Shown here: positions 1 through 11,651 of the stretch, one piece after another
How positions within the stretch are numbered: the first letter of the stretch is position 1
Layout: the number at the start of each line of letters is the position of its first letter
Source of the DNA: Hemiscyllium ocellatum
Taxonomy: Eukaryota
DNA length: 64,000 bases
Reading direction: 5' to 3'
Assembly (NCBI RefSeq): GCF_020745735.1
Contig: NC_083437.1
Location: forward strand, 23,746,001 to 23,810,000
Program-made: the position numbers and the translations under genes
The notes under the pieces: model-generated
The model's input: only the letters and a program-made list of their open reading frames with translations
What the model was told of the DNA's origin: nothing
The model's database searches: none

Positions 1-44
1 AATGGCCTGATTCTACACTGTATATATGCTGTGTACATCCTTTT

Positions 45-1360
45 TTAATTATTTCAGGAAAGTAGGCATGACTGGCTTGGTACTGGACTTCCTTCTTGGA
101 ACATAAGCACACCAACAGTACTGTTGGGAAGGAAGTTCCAGGATTTTAACTACAGTGAAGGAACAGTGATAAAGGAGCCTTGGTGAGTTCTTATGGTGCA
201 TCTTATAAATGGTACACACAGCTGCCACTTGATGCCAGTAGTGGACGGAGTGAATGTTAAAGATGGTAGATGTGGTTCCAGTCAAGCAGGCTGCTTTGTC
301 CTGGATAGTGTCAATCTCCTTGAGTGTTGTTGGAGCTGCCCTCATCTACTCCTGAACTCTGTCATGTACTTTGTGAACATTAGAAATTCAGGTGAGTCAC
401 GTGCCTTAAACTTCCCAGCTCCTGACCTGTTCTTGTAGCCACAATATTGATGCGGCTGGTCCAGTTTGGTTTCTAATCAAAGGTAATCTCCAGGATGTTG
501 ACAATGGGGGATTCAGTAATTATAATGCCACTGAATGTCAAGGGGAGAAGGTTAGATTCTTTCTTTTTGAAAACAGTCATTGCCTGTCACTTGTGCAGTG
601 ATATTTACTACTTATTATTGTCCCAAGCATGGATATTATCCAGGCCTTGCTGGACACGGACACAAACTACCTCCACATCTGAGAATGGTGCGGAACATTG
701 TGCAATCATTAATGAACAACTTCACTTCTGACCATACAATGGAAGTAAGGTCATTAATCAAACAGCTGAGAGGTTTGGATTGAGGACTCAACCCCAAGAG
801 ACTTCTGAAGAGCTGAGATGATTGACCTCCAAGAATCATGACCATCTTCCTTTGTAGTAGATATGAGTCCAACTAGCAGAAAACTTTTCCCAATTCTCAT
901 TGACTCCAGTTGTGCCAAGACTCCTTGATGTCACACTCAGTGAAATGCTGCCTTGATGTCAAGGGCCATCACTCTCAGCACACTTTCAGAATTCAACTCT
1001 TTTGACAATTTTGAACCAAGGCTGTAATGGTCAGGATCTGGTGGCCCTGGGGGAACCAAAACGGAGTCTCACCGTAAGGAAGTGCGCCTTGATAGCACTG
1101 CCAATGACACCTTCCATCATTTGAGTGATGATTGAAAATCGATGGGTGAGGCAGTGATTCTCAGGCTGGATTTGACTTGCTTTTTGTGGATGGAATATAT
1201 CCAGGCAATTTTTCACATTGTGGGGAATGCCACTGCTGTAGCTTTACTGGAACAGCTTGGAACTAGGGTGGGGGGGGGGGGGGGGGGGGTGCCGATTCTA
1301 ATGCAGAACACTTCATTATTATCGCCAGAATGTGGTCAGGGCTCAAGGAGTGCTTGAACA
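45..1360 (-). mobile_element. Decayed CR1-group (L2/Crack-like) LINE, 3' portion
   Basis: Reverse complement of about 420-530 resembles the + strand RT C-terminal fragment at 33610-33700. The A-rich 3' tail is at about 45-60. Many stops and frameshifts. Confidence 0.6.
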
Positions 1361-1442
1361 GGGATCTGGAGTTCTATTGGAACCGCTGGCTTAGTTAAAA
1401 TATGAAGAGGAGTGGAATAAAGTTTTTAAACTGTATATTTCA

Positions 1443-1960
1443 AGGGAGATACACCACGTTCTAGAGGAGTTATGCTGCATTCTAAAACAGATACACAGCG
1501 TTCTAAAAGAAATACACCGCGTTCTAAAACAGAAACACGGTGTTCTAAAGGAAATACACCGTGTTCTAAAACAGAAACACGGTGTTCGAAAGGAAATACA
1601 CCGTGTTCTAAAACAGAAACACGGTGTTCGAAAGGAAATACACCGTGTTCTAAAACAGAAACACGGTGTTCTAAAGGAAATACACCATGTTCTAAAACAG
1701 ATACACCGCGTTCTAAAGGAAATACACCGTGTTCTAAAACAGAAACACCGTGTTCTAAAACAGATACACCGCGTTCTAAAGGAAATACACCGTGTTCTAA
1801 AACAGAAACACGGTGTTCTAAAGGAAATACACCATGTTCTAAAACAGATACACCGCGTTCTAAAGGAAATACACCGTGTTCTAAAACAGAAACACGGTGT
1901 TCTAAAGGAAATACACCGCGTTCTAAAACAGATACACCGCGTTCTAAAAGAAACATCGCA
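1443..1960. repeat. Minisatellite, about 24 x 21-bp units (alternating GTTCTAAAACAGAAACACGGT / GTTCTAAAGGAAATACACCGT variants)
   Basis: GTTC(T/G) recurs every 21 nt from 1458 to 1941 (ATTCT variant at 1479). This explains the repetitive ORFs 1426..2109 and 1472..2158. Confidence 0.95.
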
Positions 1961-2111
1961 TTGTCAAGGAGTGATGCCATTTTCAAAAGGCCGCGGGTTG
2001 ATGCAGGAGCTGAGGTTCCGCCCACCTGGAGGTGGAGCTCACTGAGGATCATTACCCGGTGTGGTAGAGGAGGCCGAGTTTGGCGAGAAGCGGAGGGTTC
2101 CGGAGCCACTA

Positions 2112-2198
2112 ATGGTTTTCCTGTCGCTGTCCCGCTGGATCCGGAGCCGAGGGCCTGACCGCTACTGGCGGGTCCAGGAGGTGTTGAAGCATGCCCGG
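2112..2198 (+). CDS. MRPL20: Mitochondrial ribosomal protein L20 (bL20m), coding exon 1
   Basis: MVFLSLSRWIRSRGPDRYWRVQEVLKHAR matches the vertebrate MRPL20 N-terminus. GTGAG donor at 2199, phase 0. Confidence 0.97.
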
Positions 2199-2366
2199 GT
2201 GAGAGAGGCCGAAGTAAACTGCATCGGGTCCTGGCCTAGCGGGTGGGTGAGAGAATCGAATCAGAGTCCGGCACCTGAGACCTCCTGCTGGATGCCTTTG
2301 GCTGTCCCGGGCCTTTCCCATGTCATTGAGACCCGATCCTCATGAGAGTCTTTCTTTTTTCCCCAG

Positions 2367-2477
2367 CATTTCCGAGGCAGGAAGAACCGATGTTACAGCC
2401 TGGCTCTGCGGGCGGTGAGGAGAGCCTTCCTCTATTCCACCAAGGCCAGGAGACTCAAGAAGCGGAACATGAGGACG
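2367..2477 (+). CDS. MRPL20: MRPL20 coding exon 2
   Basis: tttttccccag acceptor; [37 protein letters not shown]; GTAAAC donor. Confidence 0.97.
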
Positions 2478-2520
2478 GTAAACGGGCAGGCGGGACAGAC
2501 CAGGGGTGGCCGCACGGACT

Positions 2521-2621
2521 GGGCCGGGGCCGGGGCAGGGGCCGGGGCCGGGGCCGGGGCAGGGGCCGGGGCCGGGGCCGGGGCAGGGGCCGGGGCCGGG
2601 GCAGGGGCAGGGGCCGGGGCA
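2521..2621 (+). repeat. (GGGGCC/GGGGCA) hexanucleotide repeat, 16 full units plus a partial unit, in MRPL20 intron 2; G-quadruplex-prone
   Basis: Read directly from 2521-2621. Confidence 0.97.
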
Positions 2622-2989
2622 GTCGAGTGAACCCTGACAGGCAGCCAGCCCTCCCTCCGAGGGCCGTAGGAACTGATGTGGTTCTGCTAAAGATCGGCAA
2701 GTCGTACCGAGTAGATATCTACCTCCCAGTCATGGTCACAGTCTGTGGGTCAGGCCCGTGGGGAGAGAAGGGGTCTGTTTGAACAAATTTGAGGTTCGGT
2801 CATCTGTACACTTGGGAAGGTTTGAGTAAATACAACCAGGAGGCAGTTTGAATGGGAAGGTGGTGAACTGTGAGGCTTCAGGTCAAACAGCCTCTCTTAA
2901 ATATTTTAGGACCATGATCAAGAGTTGAGTCCACGCACAGTGGTAGACCTTCAGAGTAACAGAGCAAGAACTAGTTTATACATTTGTCT

Positions 2990-3620
2990 TCATCCCTAGG
3001 GTACTATATTGGCAGTTTTCCAATTATCTGGGACTTTCCCGAATCTAAAGGTTCTTGGAAGATTACTACCAGAGCATCCACCATGTCTGTTGTTATTTCT
3101 TTTAAAATCCTATGAAGCAACCCATCAGGGCCTTTTGCCCAAGTCTTCCGCCTCCTCCTCCCACCCCCCTCCTTCTACATTTAACTCTGTGATTATTTAG
3201 TAAGTTTGGAATGATGTTAATGTCCACCCGATGAAGACTGATGCAAAGTACTTCTTCAACTGCTTGGCCATTTGCTCTTTCCTCATTATTATTTCCCCAG
3301 CCTCTTTTTCTTTAAAGGAGTTATGTTCGCATTGGTCTCTATCATGCTTTTCATAAATTTACAGAAACTGTAATTGTTTATTATTATATTATTTGCTCGT
3401 TTGCCCTCCGTGTACTTGCTTTTTGTCTGGTCGTTTTTAGAGCTTTCTGAAACCTCCTGTTTATCACTTTGCCATGTTATTTTTTTCTCTTTCAATCTGG
3501 AACTATCCTTTCCTTTCTTGGTTCATCGTGGTTAGTTATCCCCTCCCCTGGAGTCCCACCTTGCCTGTCCTCAGCGGGTAACTGTTAAGTATTGTTCCTG
3601 GTAATTATGTCTCTGTTTTA
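2990..3620 (-). mobile_element. Decayed CR1 LINE ORF2 fragment
   Basis: Minus strand around 3010-3050 reads LDSGKVPDNWKTAN, a typical CR1 pre-RT motif. Confidence 0.6.
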
Positions 3621-3835
3621 AGTGTGCTGGTGTTTGGAGATTAATAGGAATTGGGTATCGGGCACTAGACTTCCATTTATTGCTCACCCCCAATTGCCGT
3701 ATCCCACCTGCTGCACAAAGCTGCCTCACTTTAATAGATTTACAAACCTGAACTATTGACTGCAAGAGAGAGTGAACCCAAACCCACGTTAGGGAGATGC
3801 TGTATTTTAAATCATCAGAATGGGCACAAGTAGGC

Positions 3836-4010
3836 AAGTACAAAAACAAATTGCTGAAAAAGCTCAGCTGGTCTGGCAGCATTTGTGGAGACAAATCAAG
3901 AGTCAACATTTCGGGTCCAGTGACACTTCCTCAGAACAGATGCTGCCAGCCCTGCTGAGTTTCTCCAGCAATTTCTGGGGGGTTTTCTGATTTCCAGCAT
4001 CTACAGTTGT
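3836..4010. mobile_element. Short inverted-repeat remnant of a probable Penelope-like element terminus
   Basis: TTGCTGAAAAAGCTCAGC..GGCAGCAT pairs with ATGCTGCC..GCTGAGTTTCTCCAGCAA. The same motif family recurs at about 10180, 12240, 15880, 24970, 27050, 28258, 31485 and 59200. Confidence 0.55.
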
Positions 4011-4123
4011 TTTACAAATAGGAAGTTGATTCACCTGACTTCCGTTGAAAATGTACCTATCCTAAACCTCCTGTATTAACCCAGTTAAAAGGAGATCTTG
4101 AAAACTGTTTTGTTCTGTTTCAG

Positions 4124-4201
4124 CTTTGGATAAACAGGATAGCAGCTGCCGCCCGGGAGCATGGACTGAAGTACCCCATGTTGATCAGTAACCTGGTTAA
4201 G
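4124..4201 (+). CDS. MRPL20: MRPL20 coding exon 3
   Basis: ttctgtttcag acceptor; [26 protein letters not shown]; GTGAGG donor. Confidence 0.97.
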
Positions 4202-5254
4202 GTGAGGTTGCATGTCTAAACGGACCTGACTGACTTTCAAGGGTCAACAGGTTAAATTTAATTGAGGCCATAGTCTCTGGCACTGTATATTATATTTGAT
4301 TCTGTTGGTAGCAGGCACCTTGTGGACTCTAGGCCCATTCAGGACACAATCTAGCTGCCACTTCAATTGAGGACACAACAGAGGCATTGACTTTTGTATG
4401 TGGTGTCGGGCAACTCCAGCTGACAGGACTAAAGACCAGTGTGGGAGTTCTCCCAGTGCCTTGGCCAACAGTCACTGTTTTTGTATTTAAAAAATCATTA
4501 TTCCAAGTTGCTGCTTTAGAATCATGCTGAGCATTGCCACAACCACTGTTTGGAGAGCAAAAGGCTTTCTGCTTGCAAAATAAAACAACTTTCTTCCTTT
4601 TTGAAAAGCTTTAGGATGGGCGCCATGAAAATACGAAGTCTGTAAGTGGTTCATCTTTCTGCCATGTGAAGTCCAAAAGAGTGCAGGAAAGCTAAAGTAA
4701 ATATTTAGAGCAGGAACGATCACTTATTTTGTTCCATCTTGTGTATTAACATTTTGGGGGAAAAAGAATAGATCTCGCTAAAGGAATTCAGTTGCAGGTT
4801 AGAAATGACGGTGAAGAGCAGAACCATCAATACATTCAGTTCCATCTTGCATATCCATTGTTCTCTCGAGAGCATCAACCTGAGCTGCTTACTCTCTGAG
4901 GTGGATATGTTGCAGGGCTCAGCGAACAAACATAAACATTAAGTTGCCAAAGGTGTTGACAGAAAGTGGCCCAGAGTGTAGTCTGCCTGATGGCTGCTGA
5001 AGCAGAGACAAGGTTTGAGAGTAGTGCAGTCAAAGGTCAAAGACCAGGATCGTTAGCAACTTTCCAAAATGATCAGTGGTATAATGTTGGTGTTTGACCA
5101 GGCTTGACGTGGACCTTTCCTGTGTATTTCTAAATTGAGTATCACAATGAACTGAGCATGCCTAACTGGTGTGGCTTCATCAACACATTGTTGCACCAGC
5201 TGAGGTTACCATGGGAGACTCTCCTGAGGCATGGTCACCCTCTGGTTAAACCAC

Positions 5255-5670
5255 NNNNNNNNNNNNNNNNNNNNNNNNNNNNNNNNNNNNNNNNNNNNNN
5301 NNNNNNNNNNNNNNNNNNNNNNNNNNNNNNNNNNNNNNNNNNNNNNNNNNNNNNNNNNNNNNNNNNNNNNNNNNNNNNNNNNNNNNNNNNNNNNNNNNNN
5401 NNNNNNNNNNNNNNNNNNNNNNNNNNNNNNNNNNNNNNNNNNNNNNNNNNNNNNNNNNNNNNNNNNNNNNNNNNNNNNNNNNNNNNNNNNNNNNNNNNNN
5501 NNNNNNNNNNNNNNNNNNNNNNNNNNNNNNNNNNNNNNNNNNNNNNNNNNNNNNNNNNNNNNNNNNNNNNNNNNNNNNNNNNNNNNNNNNNNNNNNNNNN
5601 NNNNNNNNNNNNNNNNNNNNNNNNNNNNNNNNNNNNNNNNNNNNNNNNNNNNNNNNNNNNNNNNNNNNNN
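5255..5670. other. Assembly gap (N run)
   Basis: Ns. Confidence 1.
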
Positions 5671-5795
5671 TCCCAATGACCAGGACTGCATTTTAATAAG
5701 TCATTTATATCCTATGACTTGAAACATAAAGCTACTTTTGAAAATTGTATGAGGTGCTTTTCTGCTAACTGAAATGCTTGTTCCATGTTTAATAG

Positions 5796-5969
5796 TGTCA
5801 GGTGGAGTTGAACAGGAAAGTCCTTTCGGATTTGGCCATTTATGAACCAAAGACATTTAAGTCCCTGGCAGCATTGGCTAAGCGAAGGAGAGAAGAAGGC
5901 TTCCATGATGCACTGGGTGATGGCCGAGAACCCAATGGTGTGTTTTCACGCATTGTACATTCGAGTTAA
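5796..5969 (+). CDS. MRPL20: MRPL20 coding exon 4 (terminal)
   Basis: aatag acceptor; [57 protein letters not shown]. Spliced total is 149 aa. Confidence 0.97.
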   Translation, partial: CQVELNRKVLSDLAIYEPKTFKSLAALAKRRREEGFHDALGDGREPNGVFSRIVHSS

Positions 5970-6127
5970 GGACGGAATGTGAATACTTGATGCAAACACT
6001 TCTCACCATGGCTGACTTTACTCCCATTTTAACTAAATGTTTATGACGGATATTTGCTTTTCCCAAGACTTTTGGTCACTTTATGGACTTGACTGTGTTG
6101 AATGAGAATTATGTGTGGAATTCGTTG

Positions 6128-6133
6128 AATAAA
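6128..6133 (+). terminator. Probable MRPL20 polyadenylation signal AATAAA
   Basis: First AATAAA, about 160 nt after the stop codon, followed by T-rich sequence. Confidence 0.7.
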
Positions 6134-6572
6134 GATTTTTTAATATTGAAATGCAGTAACTTGCTGGGTGAGGGAGAGGTGGGCATGCTGGCTGGAGAAA
6201 GAAGCATTTGAAATCCTCCTGAGGACTTTGGTTCATTCACAGGAAATGGAGTGGAAAGGGGTGATGTTGTTGTGCTGTGGAATGAGTGAATATGTCGGCA
6301 AGCAGGGAGTTTTGTGAGAATCCTATTTGTCAGATTGCAGGTTTTGTTGCCTACGTCTGTCTCATTGTTTCCTTCCAATACTGTTTACAGCTTAACCCAA
6401 ATTGTAAGTTGTTATGTTGTATTTCGTCATTGGCTGCCTTTTTATGACATGACATACACCTGGTCAATCAAACACAATGCAGTTTTTACATAATGCCTCT
6501 TCTATAATATCAATGTAATTGAGTTAACACTTCACTAGTGCAGGAATGTCTATGAAAATGAGACACATTATA

Positions 6573-6878
6573 GTGGGGAATCCAGAACTAGAGGGCATAG
6601 GTTTGGGGTGAGAGGGGAAAGATATAAAAGAGACCCAAGGGGCAACTTTTTCACGCAGAGGGTGGTACGTGTATGGAATGAGCTGCCAGAGAATGTGGTG
6701 GAGGCTGGTACAATTGCATCATTTAAGAGGCATTTGGATAGGTATATGAATAAGAAGGGTTTGGAGGGATATGGGCCAGGTAATGGCAGGTGGGACTAGA
6801 TTGGGTTGGGATATCTGGTCGGCATGGATGGGTTGGACTGAAGGGTCTGTTTCCATGCTGTACATCTCTGACTCTACT
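6573..6878 (+). mobile_element. HER1/CR1 LINE, 5'-truncated 3' end
   Basis: SRTRGH..RGNFFTQRVVRVWNELPENVVEAGTIASFKRHLDRYM, then the 3' UTR ending GGGTCTGTTTCCATGCTGTACATCTCTGACTCTA. Confidence 0.9.
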
Positions 6879-7817
6879 GTTAGCTGGGTCATTGTTTCTG
6901 TAAGGGAGCTATGACCTGGCATTCTTAAGTAGAGCTAACTCCGAGTGCCTCCAACAGTTGCTGCTGCTAACCGTTTGGTAAGTCAGCCTTTGACCGAGGT
7001 CACAGATTTGAAACCATTGAAGGAAATAGAGCGCAAAATGGGATTTTCTATTATGGAGAAGGTTGTTCAGTTGGGATACCAGACCCCTGGAAGCAAATTC
7101 CCTGGGAAGCTTCAAACATGTAACAAGTTCTTGAAAAGTTAAGATTTGGGTTCTAGGGACAGAGGAACTGGAGCATGCGATTAAATTGGACCTCTCCAGC
7201 CTGGACACGGAAGCCTGATTTGGTCCAAATTCTGTTACTGAAATTTGCAGAGATTGACAGCAAAAGTTTTCAAAGTGGCTGGAAGTGTTGCATGTTTTAA
7301 ACAAAAACAAATCACAGAGACTCTCCCTCTTCACTTTAATGGATGTACATTTTCTCCTGCTCCACGGCTGTGTCCCATCTCTTGCACTGATATCCATCCA
7401 CTCTCTCCCTCTGTGTCTTTCCCTCAGCTTTCCTATTCCATCATTTACTTTCTTTTGTTCCCCTCTTCGCTCACTTTCTCCTGTGCTCTCCGAGTTTCCT
7501 CTATCCCTCACCGCCTCTATCCCACACCGCCTCTATCCCACACCTCCTCTATTCTTGTTCCTTTCTGTCCTGCTAAGAGAGAAAGCTATCTGGAATTTCA
7601 TAGGATTGACTAATGAAAGATTTGCCTGGGTGTGAGGTAAGTGTCAAAGATCAGTGATTGCTCGCTACACACTGAACTACAGACCCTGACTTCAGTTCCC
7701 AAGGTTTGTCTGGATGGGATTGGGAAAAGTTGCTGTCCTGGATGGGAGTCCTAGATGAAAGTGACATCTGATTATCTGAGCTGCTGAGTCAGTTTGTGTC
7801 TGGAAGCTGAAGGATCG

Positions 7818-8188
7818 NNNNNNNNNNNNNNNNNNNNNNNNNNNNNNNNNNNNNNNNNNNNNNNNNNNNNNNNNNNNNNNNNNNNNNNNNNNNNNNNNNN
7901 NNNNNNNNNNNNNNNNNNNNNNNNNNNNNNNNNNNNNNNNNNNNNNNNNNNNNNNNNNNNNNNNNNNNNNNNNNNNNNNNNNNNNNNNNNNNNNNNNNNN
8001 NNNNNNNNNNNNNNNNNNNNNNNNNNNNNNNNNNNNNNNNNNNNNNNNNNNNNNNNNNNNNNNNNNNNNNNNNNNNNNNNNNNNNNNNNNNNNNNNNNNN
8101 NNNNNNNNNNNNNNNNNNNNNNNNNNNNNNNNNNNNNNNNNNNNNNNNNNNNNNNNNNNNNNNNNNNNNNNNNNNNNNNNNNNNNNNN
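7818..8188. other. Assembly gap (N run)
   Basis: Ns. Confidence 1.
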
Positions 8189-8269
8189 TTCATGTCCGTT
8201 AGTGACCACATCACAGCTAGTCTGGTCAGTTGAGGCTTGGGAAAAGCTGTGGTGGAGTGGAATTTCTGT

Positions 8270-8790
8270 GTTACCTGTTGAAGGAGTTGGAGAGCAAGGA
8301 TGTCTTGCTGCAATTAAACAGGGCCTCAATGAGACCACCCCCAGAGTACTCTGCAGTTTTGCTCATTTATCTGAGAAAGGATGTCTTTGCTAAAGAGAGA
8401 ACACAGACTGACGTATCAGAGGTTGAATCACTTATGTTGGCTGGAATTCAGAAAGAGGGCGAGCTCATAGAAACCTGTAAAATTGTAATAGGGTTAGATA
8501 AGATAGATGCAGGAAGGACGTTCTTAATGGTGAGGGAGTCCGGGGTCACAGTCAAAGGATAGTGAGTGAACCATTTCGGCCTGAGATGAGAAATTTATTC
8601 ACCCAATGAGCCTGTGTTTTCTGTGGGAACGAATTCCAATTGAGGCCAAGACATTGTATAATTTCAAGAAGGAATTGGATATAGCATTTGGGGCGAATGG
8701 GATCAAAGGATAAGGGGGTGGGGGAAAGCAGGAACAGGCCATTCAGTTAGATGATTGGCCATAATAACAAATGGTGGAGAATGGCCAATT
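8270..8790 (+). mobile_element. Decayed CR1 LINE 3' portion
   Basis: SKDVLLQLNRASMRPPPEYSAV..YLRKDV is a degenerate form of [26 protein letters not shown]. Confidence 0.75.
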
Positions 8791-10434
8791 CCAACCAGAA
8801 ACCCAGGTCTAAAATACAGAAAACAAATGTAATGTTTACTGAAAACATGATAGTTGGCTGTTACTTTGGTTGTTGCCTGCTGATAGAATCATAAAAGAAT
8901 CAGATTGATTAGAGCACAGCAGATCTTGTAGCAATTGTCTGTGCTGACTCCCACCGAGAGTAACTTGGTTGGTCCCACTTCCCATGCTGTGTCCCAGTGT
9001 AAAAAGGTCTTTGTGTAGCTGCCCAGGGAAAGGGAGAGGGTGATATTTATTTGATTATCCCAAGAATTGGTTTCTATCAGGGTTTGCTTTCAGTTTATTT
9101 ATGTTTGACCCTAATTCATCCACCAAAGCTCCCCAACATGAGGCAGGGATATTTGAAGCTTCTTAACGCTTAGGTAAAAAAATCATATGCAGTTTGGTGA
9201 TTTGTGTTTGAGGGCTGGAGCTGGGCTGCAAATTTCCGGGCCATGAATGCACCTGTAGGTGGGATAAGCAACTCTAAAATACCTTACCTTGAATGTGAGG
9301 GGAATTCGGAGCTGGTGTTGATTTATGGAGATTGTGTTAGCAAACATTTGCTGCTATGGTTTGTGGATGGCAGGGTTTTCTCTTTTATTTGTTCATCAGA
9401 TGAAGGAATCACTGGCTGGGCACCTGAACTGATTGGCCTGCCAGGTCATTTCTTGTGACACCCAGGAGTCAACAACATGAGTGGGGATTTGGAGTCATAA
9501 GTGGGCCAGACAACATCAGATTTCTTTCCCTAAAGTGTATTAGGGAATCAAATGTTCTTTTAATGCTCATCAGGTCATCATTGTTTTATATTTCACTATC
9601 TGTCACAGAATTTGAACCCATTGTCTGTCGAAGTCTTGTCTAGGACACAGGATTATTACCACCATCATTTCCTCAGGAAGTGACATGGCTGATCCAGTGC
9701 TGGATATCCCTGTAAATAATGACTGCCATGCTCACCTTCAGCATGCATGAGAGGAGTATTTGGCTGACCGGTGATATTGTTTACAATACAAAAACAGGCC
9801 CTTTGGTTTATCATATCCGCACTGGTTATCAAACATCCATCTATTCTAAATACTTTTTCCAACATTTGGTCCAAAATGCTTGTGTGCTATGGTGTTTCAA
9901 CTTCTCATCTAAATAGTTAAGTGCCTTGAGGATTTCTGTCTCTCAGGCAGTGAACTCCAGGCATCCAGAGCACTGTAGGTGAAAAATACTTTCCTCAAAC
10001 CCCTCGCTCCTAACCTTAAAACAATACTCCTTTGTTATAGACTCCTTTTAAGGGGAGATGTTTCCTCCCCCAACTATCCTGCCTGTGCCGCTCAAAACTT
10101 TATACACCTCAGACATCCCAAAACCTCCTCGCTCTCATGAAAACATCTCCACCTCTTTATTGGTCCACACAGAACTGTGGACGCTGGAGATTGCAAATAA
10201 AAACGAGTTGCTGGAGAAACTCAGGTGTGGCTGCATCTGTGCAGAGAAATCAGTATTTTGAGTCAGATGACTCTTCCATCAGGACTATCTAATGGGTTGA
10301 TAGGGAAATATTTTGGCAAAGTTTCGAGACAGATTGGGTTTCTTGTCAAGTGAGACTGAAGAGATCAAATGTGGCCTGAGAGCAAGTGGGCATTGACACT
10401 GACAATCATTGTAAACTAACATACATCTGTTAGA

Positions 10435-10590
10435 AGTTAAAAATCACACAACAACCATCAAATGGTTGTGATGAAGGAGCGGCGCTCCAAAAGCTAGTGC
10501 TTCCAATTAAACCTGTTCTATTATAACCTGGCGTTGTGTGATTTTTCACTTTGTACGCCCCAGTCCAACAACAGCACCTCCAAATTTTAC
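10435..10590 (+). mobile_element. Penelope-like element terminal fragment with a degenerate hammerhead motif
   Basis: GTGATGAAGGAGCGGCGCTCCAAAAGCTAGTGCTTCCAATTAAACC matches 49352-49398. Short inverted terminus AAAAATCACACAAC/GTTGTGTGATTTTT. Confidence 0.75.
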
Positions 10591-10785
10591 ATCTGTTAGG
10601 GTCTGCTTCGTTTGGAGGTGACTGGGGTTAAAGAGTTTTCCATTCAGATGTGATTAGTTACGCCAGTTCCTGCTGTGTAGCTGGGAATTGAAGTGGGAGT
10701 GAATGAGTGAACAGCTCATGTTAAACTGGAGGCAACGAGAGGACTTAATGAACTGGTGGAGCTGGTATGAGAGGTACCACCAGCG

Positions 10786-11651
10786 GGAGTGTGAGCACAT
10801 GGTGGATATCCGGGAGGAGCCACTAGGGGGAGTGTGTGAGCACATGGTGGATATCCGGGAGGAGCCACTAGGGGGAGTGTGTGAGCACATGGTGGGTATC
10901 CGGGAGGAGCCACTAGGGGGAGTGTGTGAGCACATGGTGGATATGCGGGAGGAGCCACTAGGGGGAGTGTGTGAGCACATGGTGGGTATCCGGGAGGAGC
11001 CACTAGGGGGAGTGTGTGAGCACATGGTGGATATGCGGGAGGAGCCACTAGGGGGAGTGTGTGAGCACCTGGTGGATATGCGGGAGGAGCCACTAGGGGG
11101 AGTGTGTGAGCACCTGGTGGATATCCGGGAGGAGCCACTAGGGGGAGTGTGTGAGCACATGGTGGGTATCCGGGAGGAGCCACTAGGGGGAGTGTGTGAG
11201 CACATGGTGGGTATCCGGGAGGAGCCACTAGGGGGAGTGTGTGAGCACATGGTGGATATCCGAGAGGAGCCACGAGGGGGAGTGTGTGAGCACCTGGTGG
11301 ATATGCGGGAGGAGCCACGAGGGGGAGTGTGTGAGCACATGGTGGATATGCGGGAGGAGCCACGAGGGGGAGTGTGTGAGCACATGGTGGATATCCGGGA
11401 GGAGCCACGAGGGGGAGTGTGTGAGCACATGGTGGATATCCGGGAGGAGCCACTAGGGGGAGTGTGTGAGCACATGGTGGATATCCGGGAGGAGCCACTA
11501 GGGGGAGTGTGTGAGCACATGGTGGATATCCGGGAGGAGCCACTAGGGGGAGTGTGTGAGCACATGGTGGATATGCGGGAGGAGCCACTAGGGGGAGTGT
11601 GTGAGCACATGGTGGATATCCGGGAGGAGCCACTAGGGGGAGTGTGTGAGC
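10786..11651. repeat. Minisatellite, 19 x 45-bp units (GGGGGAGTGTGTGAGCACATGGTGGATATCCGGGAGGAGCCACTA)
   Basis: CAC(T/G)AG recurs every 45 nt from 10821 to 11631. The ORF track shows 15-aa periodicity. Confidence 0.97.

Larger units (their letters stand above)
1960..2780 (+). promoter_or_regulatory. CpG-island promoter/5' region of MRPL20
   Basis: GC- and CpG-rich relative to flanks. YY1-like GCCATTTT at 1976-1983 and GC box CCGCCC at about 2018-2023, just upstream of the ATG at 2112. Confidence 0.75.

Noticed and set aside
1426-2158. 227- and 228-aa repetitive ORFs, one superficially coiled-coil-like
   Set aside because: Translation of the 21-bp minisatellite.
4487-4723. RKMNH motif reminiscent of AURKAIP1, a human 1p36 neighbour
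   Set aside because: Flanking residues do not match, and it lies antisense in an MRPL20 intron.
5158-8393. ORFs containing long X runs (also 48541-49044)
   Set aside because: Artefacts of reading through assembly gaps.
10786-11651. CRISPR-like regular array
   Set aside because: No unique spacers, units are contiguous, and the context is a vertebrate genome.
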